Shown in pieces: positions 39,901 through 48,900 of a stretch of DNA of 64,000 nt. This DNA comes from a virus. The stretch lies in IMG/VR virus record IMGVR_UViG_3300018420_002445, positions 5,974-69,973 of that record; one strand, 5' to 3'. The notes beneath the pieces were generated by a model that was not told where the DNA came from, did no database searches, and saw nothing but the letters and a program-made list of their open reading frames with translations. Each line of letters opens with the position of its first letter. Within the stretch, counting starts at the first letter, position 1. Position numbers and translations under genes: made by a program.

Positions 39901-42900
39901 AAATTCTCCAGTAGCAAATAAGTATGTTGCATCTTGTCTTGTTTCTGAAATTGGATATTCAGCAAGAACTTTGTTTGCATATTCTAAATAATTTTTTAAC
40001 CCTAAGAATCTACTAAAGAAGAAACTTTGTCTTGGACGTGCTAATACTCCTGACTGCACTGCTTTTGGTAAATATGGATTAGGTACAACTTCACCCACTT
40101 CATCTACACCCGATAATGAATCTAGTAAACGATCATAAAGACCTTCTGGTCTGTTAGTTGAAGTTTGTGGACCGAATTTAGGTAGACCCGGTAAGAAATC
40201 ATCTGGCTCACCGGCTTTAATTAAATTAAATTCTTGGTGTGAAGGATCGTCATTGTTTCCTTCTGCATATCCTATATGGAATACACTATCAGTTGTGTTT
40301 ATATAAGGTTGTGTATTATATAAAGCAAACGTATTTTGTAATAAAGGTGCAAAGTATGCGATGCCGGATCTAGTAGGATTAGCAATGTATGTTTGCAATG
40401 TAGCATCACTTAATGTTTTGCCTATAGATGTTTCTACTACATTTGTATTGCGTACCCAGAAATAGTAACAAGGTTGAACAGTGTTGGTTGCATTAATATC
40501 TGTTTCAACACTATACTTTGTATTTGATTTCGGTACGCCCGGGCCACGATATTGTGCGGGTGGTCTAGTTGATTTTACCCAAGTATAACATGCAACTTGA
40601 GAGCCTGGGAATACTCTACCCCAAAACCTAGCATTGTATGCTACATCATTTTGATGATAATTCATCCATCTTACTTTTGATGTATCAAACCAAATATGAC
40701 CCTTTTGATTTGCACCCCAAGTTAATCCTGAATTTAGTTCTCCTACAGCACTATTATATGTTGCTGGATCGACACTATTAATATAGTCGATATTTTCTCT
40801 GACTGCACCTAATAATTTTTCTTGCATCGGATCCATATAATCTAAATTGATTAATGTATCATTTGTTTCTGCACTATAAACTTGTGAATTTTGTATTCTA
40901 CTGATGTCTACTATAGGGGAAGACTGTCTATAAAGTGCCCAGTCTTTAGCAGTACCTGAATTTTTAAATAGTGTTATCTGTCCTTCTAAGTCACCGACAC
41001 TTAAGTTCGGTGTACCAATAATAACTTGATTGTTAGTAAAGTCTAATGCAGTTGCGTATTGAGGTTCAAAGCCATAATTTTGCTCTTGGCTATTTAAGTT
41101 TTGTGCATATATAAACTTGCCAGGATCAGCAATTGATCCGTTGTAGTTTGCAAGATAATCATACATGTAAAGTGCGCCTGCATTATCCCATGTATCTACC
41201 CAACGAGTTGCATTGTTATCAAAAATTGTATCGTTGTCTAAATTTTCATCATCAATAAAGTCAAACGTAGTTGCTAAAAATCTTGTTGATACTGGCGCAG
41301 AAATTACTACTGAATCACTTTCATTAAATTTAATTGTGTTACCAAATAATGTTCTGCTTACATTATGAGGTGCAAAGATTGTTTGTGTTTCTGAATATAT
41401 TTCTAATCCAAGTTCACTGAATGTATTTGTATTCGGTGCTTGTAATAATAATTTTTCATTTACTAATGCTAAACTTGCATCAATGATTGAAATAATAAGT
41501 TTACCATCGGATGCACTTGCAGTTATATTTGTAATACCATATTGATTGATAAGATTTGCAACCGTTGTTGCATTGCTACCACTTGCTAACTCTACAAGAT
41601 AACCATTAATTAGTAGTTTTCTATCGGCTGTAAGTAAGCAATCACTAGTACCTATGACAGTGCCATATTTGCCTCCGCCATTAGTATATCTATAAACAGT
41701 ACCGTCTGTTTGTTTTTCGCCGTTGATTCTTATTTCACCGGGTGCACCTATTAAAAGTTCACTACCATATGAAGTCATGTCAGAATCATAACCCATAAAT
41801 GTACCAACTCTTTCATCAGCATATGACACCATTGTCTGTACCCATTGAATATTACGAGTACTAATATTAATAATGTCTCCTGCTCTAATATCACCAAAGT
41901 ATCTAAAGTCTGATGTACCGCCACCAACTGCATAATTGTCGTCATCAACAACTGTGCCATTTACCGAAACTAGTAAAGGTTCTGTTTGTACGTAGATATC
42001 AAAGTTAACAGTATCATTCGTAAATGTTAAAGTAGAAGAACTTGATCTGCTTTCTTTTAATTTAAATGTGTTACCAGAAATATCAGACAAGTAATAGACT
42101 TGATTAGGTGTAATTCCTGTATCTCCAAAATCTCCGCCTTCATTGAATGCTACAGGATCATTATTATTAAATCCTGTCATTGTTGCGTTAGCAGTAATAA
42201 CACTTGATGCTACTGCACTTGCACTTCTACTTGTAAACGATGTAGTCCATGCTAATGGATACTGTTGTGGTTGATTGGGTATTGCAGTGTATTGTGATTC
42301 TATATTTTGTACTAAACGTGAGTACACAAAATTCTTACCCCAATTAACTTTTGAAGTTGGAGAAGGGGTATTAGGCGCGCCAATCGATATAGTGTCTCCA
42401 TTGCTATCACAACTTACAGAAAAACCAAAGTTATCTCCTGCAGTTGCATTAACTGGGGCGAGAGTGCCATCGATATCACTTAACGCCTCATATGAAATTT
42501 GATTTGCTGTACCGGTGCCTGTTCCTACGCCAGTTGCATTAAAAATTATTCCTACTTTGTTTTCTACAGCACCTATTGCTGTAAAGTCAGTTGTTCCTAC
42601 AGCAGTAATTTCATATGTTTCACCTATATTAAAGTACCCTGCAGTTAAAGGTATGCGTTGTCTTCCATATACTTGTACTGAATTATTACTAGGGTTACCA
42701 GCAAAAATAAAGTTTTGATCATTACTGATTGCAAGACTTGTACCTGAACTAAATGTTGCTGTAAAAGATTGCAACTCTAAGATGTCATCAGTTAATACAG
42801 AATCATTTAAAGTATAAATTCTAAGTGTTGATGTAGTTAATGATGTTTCGGGTTCACTAATAACAAATAAATTATCAGAGTATGCAATTGCTGTACCGAA

Positions 42901-45900
42901 TGATGCAGACTCTGTTAAAAGACTTCCGGTGTCTTCATCAAATGCATTTGTTTGAGGATTTAAACCATAACGATAAACTTTACCTGCGGCTGAGTCTCCT
43001 ATTAAATAACCCATTCTTGGAGTGTATGCTACCGAACTACCGAACTCTTGTCCATCAGTACGATTTAAATTGTTTGTTAAACTATAATTAATTGATTTAC
43101 GATATACTCCCCAATCGCCATCACTTGCTTCGTCTACCCAAACAGTATTTTTTGAAAACTCTGCTTCAAGTAAATCTAAATCTACAATTTCTCCTGGCTT
43201 TGATACACGTTGATCAACAAATGTCAATCCTAATCCAGATGCATTAATTGGAAACGTTGATGCATTTTCTAAATCTAATGTTAAGTTAATTATAATTTGA
43301 TTATTATTAGGAACCTTAGTTACAATATAATATCCATTAACATTTGGTGATACTTCTATAAATGCTACTGCATCTAATACCGACAAGCCATGTCTTTGTC
43401 TAAATGTAACTGTAGTCGTATTGTCATTATTTGGTTGTACTTGTGAAACTTGTCCAACTGGCTTAATTGAATAGACTCTCCAGTGTTCTTTAAAGTTAGC
43501 AATCCACATATAATCTCTTACATAAAATTGCTGAAGAGGAATACGTCTACCATTAACATTAGTTGCTCTATTACTTAAAGACCTAAAGTCATAAGCGGCC
43601 ATTTTGACATCGTTATAATTTACAAAACCTGCAGTAGGGTAAAGACTTAGTGGGTCTTCACTTTGTAATGTAGATAAAATATTAGGACCTTCAATAGGTC
43701 TTGCATAGTTAAATAAATTGTGTACTGATACTTCTTGTTGAGAGCCAATTGTTGGCATACCTTCAGTTAAAGATACAATCCCTGGATTACCTGTTAATTT
43801 TGCTTGATCTAATTTAAAGTCAACAAAATTGTTGTTTAATGTTCCGCCGAACTCTCCAGACAGAATAGCCCAGTTTTCATAAACATCATAATCAATGCCA
43901 CCAGTAGGTAATTGCGTTCCTTTAAATGCTGATACTGCGTTTGTTGTACCTTTAGTTTCAATTAAATTTTTATAAACGTTTACCTGAGTAATATCTGATA
44001 AATTTACACTTGCCAAATAATCTCTAGGTCTAAAGCCAATTAATGAAAATGACAATTGATCAGCATCGTTTTCTAAGTTTGCTTTTGTACTATTATAGTA
44101 CAGTGTACTTTCATAAGAACGTGTTGCAGAGTTAGGCAACAAGCCTTTTTGTATGTCATTATAATCTGTTTCTGTCCAGTCAAGTTCTACAAATGTGGCA
44201 CTTGGTTCGATTGTTTTATTAGCAATAAAATATTTGTTTTTGTATCTAACAATTTCACCTTTTGCATATTTAAATGCAACTTGCCATTCTTTAATATTAT
44301 CTTGGTTAAGAATAAAACCAGAAGCATTAACTGTGCCATTCCATTCAGCAGTTTTAGTACCGCGTAAGTAAATACGATTCTGTCTTAAGCCTGTTACCAA
44401 ATTATAAATGACATCATTGAAAACTGTATTGTTATCGAATACAATACCATGTTCGATACTAGACATATTGAATTGACCATATCCCATAGTATCGCCTACA
44501 TTCAAAGTTTTAACTTGGAACTTAGTGTCTAATCTTTCTATTGCTAAATCTTTAGTTGCAATAGGATACAAGTTTTGATTTAATAAAAAGTTATCTTGTT
44601 CGACTGTAAGTGGCTGAACAACAAGACTATCTTTTTCAATTTTTAAATTTTGTGCAGACGGATTGACTGTTATAATTGACCCGTTTTCCCAATTAAATTG
44701 TGTCCAATAGAGATACTCTCGTATCATTGTGTTCCAATTTATTTCTGCACCGTTTTCAATTAAATCAAACTTCATACCCTTACGTTGTAACCAAGCGCCA
44801 TAACTTGCTAAGAATTGTGAAAGGGCTTGATATGTATAGAACTGTGTACCGTAAGGGACAATTTTTTCATCTGTTTTGGATTGGGTATAGTCGTTTGCAA
44901 TTTCAACTACATATTCGTCTACTTCGACTTTACTTTTGTTTCCATTACTAATAGGAGTATCGGTAGTAAAGTATGCTTGATCTTGTGAATTACCAAATAC
45001 TTTCCAACCGTTTGGTACAATTTGAATTAGAACACTTGAAAATTTAATTTGATCGTTAGGTTGATTGTCGTGTAACAATACAGCATAACTTTCATCTGGT
45101 ATCAACAATGATGAATTATCAGAGTTAGGCGTTGCTTTTTCTACAAAGAATTTTAATAATGTCTTATCACTAAAGCCTGCTAGTCTATAAATTAAACGAA
45201 CATCTACGTTGTTTAATACTCTTGTAATATCTACAGTTGCATCCACGCCTTGTTGTTTTTCAAAATCAACAATCCAGTTTATATAACTTGTTTTTGCGGT
45301 ACCGTTTCCATAAATATCAATTGCACTAATGTTTAAATGACTTCGATCATTTACTAGATACTGATTAAATTCTGTGTTAAATTTGTAGTTGTCTAAGTCT
45401 GCTCCTAAGTTAAAAAACTGTGAAGGCTTAGTTAATGCAAATATTCGCATTAAGTCGAACGGATAAGATGAACTTCTTCTGTATGAGAATTCTGCCGGAG
45501 CGTCATCTCCTACTTTCCAATCACGTTGTAGAGTGTTAGAATCATATGCACCTACTAGTGCATCAAACGGAGATAAAAGATCACCATGTTCATCTACAGG
45601 AATAATTTTGCTTAAGCCTGGTCGTTTTAATTCATCAATAGTAATACTTGTTGTTCCACCTGCATTATAAATAATACCTGCTTCGATGTCTCCCCACATA
45701 ATACCGTTTTCACTTGTGTACGGAGCAGGTCCATAACGACTAGTCCACCAACTAGGCATTTCAGTAAATCCTAACATTTCCCATGGTGCTATGTTTGGCT
45801 GAGATGTTCCATAGAAATATTCATAGATACCTCTCCAATAACCTTGATCAATTGGTGTATTAGTTAGTTTATTTCCTGATTGAAAATAGTTCCAACTAAA

Positions 45901-48900
45901 TTGATTGCTTTTGGTATATCCTGTTTGTGTTTTATAATCGATTCTATTTTGTCCAGCCCAATTTAAAAACTGTGAACTGTAAATTTTTAAATAGTCTTCA
46001 GTCGAATATGTTGACTCTCTAAAGAATCCAGGTAGCACTTCATAACGTTCAATAGGAACAAGTGTGCTTAATTTAATATTATTATAAATTCTAGTTTCAA
46101 ATTCTAATAATGCTTGATCTCTAAAATCAGTAAGACCTGTTTCTGGAGTATAATCAATAGTATACAAAGATGTATACGACCCATCATGTCCTCTCAACAT
46201 ATATGTTGGTGTTTGATAATTCGGATCTAATACTACTTCAGGTTTCCATTTAGGATACATGCCCAATTTACTAGGAGTGTTAGGTACAAAGTTACCATAT
46301 GTTTGATTGTATTCTTTAATAGTAACAACATCACCTGCTTGTAAATCTTTTGTTACTGTCAATGAAGGCGCAGTTGTTGATACAACATAATCTACATCTC
46401 TAATCAACTGAGATGTCGTAGTAACGCCTGAAGTTGTCCTTGTGAGATAAACTAAGACACCTTTATAATTTGCTTTAGTAAAGTCATACGTTTGGGCTAG
46501 AGGGTAAATGGACTCTTGCAATGCGTTTGCAAACGTATATGTATTTGTTTTGTAGGGTGCTTGTGATGGTAACATGTCTGACCAAAAGAAAGAATCTTGT
46601 TCAGACTTTGCTGATACCATTTGTTCTAATGCTGTATCTAAAATATAACTAGGTTCAAATCTACGTTCCCATTCGATATCATTTACAGTTTTTACAAGTT
46701 GTTGCTTGTATTGAATATATTGATCAGAATTGTATTGGAGTGCATTAAACAAATTATGTTCAGACTTACGCAAGAACACACTAGGCAATACCAATGATGC
46801 AGAGTTTTGAATAATCTTTGTGCCGTACGGCACTAAATTACCTAAGTCTCTTAAATTGTTTGATCCAAAGATTGTACCTTCTGAGTTTGGATTGTTAATA
46901 AAGATGTCTTGGTATTGTGATCTAATGTCACCAATGTCTGCAATTTCTAAATCTGTATTAAAAGGGTTGTTACTTAAATTAATAGGTATACTATAATATG
47001 CAGTATCAGATGTTTGATTACTGAGTACTAAAATTTGTACAGGTGTATCTACTGTTGGTGCAGTATTTAATTTAATTTTTGTTGTCGTGTCTGTTTCAGT
47101 AACTGTGTATGTAGACTCTAATTGATACACATTGTTTACATACACTTGTATGCGTGGCCATGAGTCATCAGACTCAGGAATCACAGCAACATCACACGTG
47201 AACGAGGCTTCGGACCCTTTACTATATTCTAATTCAAATATTTGATACTGAACTGAGGGGGCAAGTGCTGTTTGCCAGCCCAACTCACGTGTTTTGTCAG
47301 TCCGTGTAGTATAATTATACACGTAACCTGTATTGACTTTTTCAGTTACTGGCGTTGATCCAGTAACATATGAAAAAGAGTCAACATTAAGAGAGCAATC
47401 AAAACTAATATCTCCCACATTGTCTACTGCCGAGTAACGTAATGGGAAGCCAAGTATAGCATCGTTGACTCCTGTACCTCTACCGTAAGCAAATAGTTTA
47501 TTACCTAAAAATGATGTGCCTTGATAGACTGAAGCATCTCCAAATGATACTCCGTCTTTGTCAAAGATATCAAATTGCGGTGCTTGGTTGACTGTAAGTT
47601 TTTGTTGTGCTTCTTCCCATGCTGTTCCATCAAACCAAAAAGTAGAACCTTGATAATTATATCCTCTGAGTGCTACTGTTTGATCGTCAACTAAACAAAG
47701 AGAATCTTCTGCTTCAGTCAAAGTTATAACTGGTGTAGATCCAAATGTAATCGTTGAGAAACCAACAACATAAATTTTATTTCTAACTTCTAAATTAGTG
47801 TCTGCTGTAAAAACAATTCTTGCACCAGAGAATAATTCATAATTGTTTACTGTTGTGTCACTACCTACAATTGATACGTTTGTTTGACCAACTACTGTTG
47901 AGTTAGCAAACTCAACTGTTAAAACAGTATTAGTACCAACTTCTTCAATATTGGTAATTTGCGTGTTGTTTGGTAATGCAAAGTTAGAGTCTGTTACATA
48001 CATATTAACATCAAATGATGTAAAGATATCTGCTGTAGGAATAGTAATCGTTGTGCTGGTTCCTGTAACCCCTGCAATTGTCGCAGTGTAACTTGTATAT
48101 GTTTCGATGTCAGGATAATATTGTTGTTTGTTTGCAACTTGATCAAATGCATTTGTTGTTCTTGTATCAATAAAGTCTACTGGTGCTTTGGCATTTGTAC
48201 CAGCATCAAATAGTTTTAAGTTTGGATAAAACTCAATAATCGGACGTTTTGCTTTGTTTGCTCCTGTTGCATAAGTCGTAACAATCGACGGATCTTCATT
48301 ATAATCAGCAGTTGCATTTATGACATCAATGTGAAACCATCTATTAGAACGTGACCATGCATTTCTGTTAATAGAGTTTCTACCGATTGTAATATAATCT
48401 TGGTCGACAGGAATAAACAATTCTGTATCAAAGTTACCAATCGAATATGGCAACGAGTCATAAGGAATATAATTTGTTCCTGTAAAATCCTCAGGTACTG
48501 TTAGGTCTGTTGTAGGAATCAAATTAATAGATTCGCCAACACCTTGAACATAATATTCACCTGTCAAATATTTTGACGGTACAACGTCTCCGTCAAATTG
48601 TACTTTTAATCCGTTTGTAAATACAACTTCATTTGTTGATGTAAATGTTTTTTGACCTATAATATCTTCGTCAACGTTTAATGTGTTTGTTAAATTACTT
48701 TCAATTAATTTAATTGTACCAACTTTATTTGGGTTTGTGCCATCTTGGTAATATAATGTATCTAACAATGCTGAAAGATAAGGTATCTTTGTAATTTCAC
48801 CACTTAGTGATCTATAAAAATCTAAGCCAATAAATTCTGTACCAAATTGAGCAGTAATTTTTTCTTCAGTTGGAATAACTCCAGCCGGAATCAAACGAAT

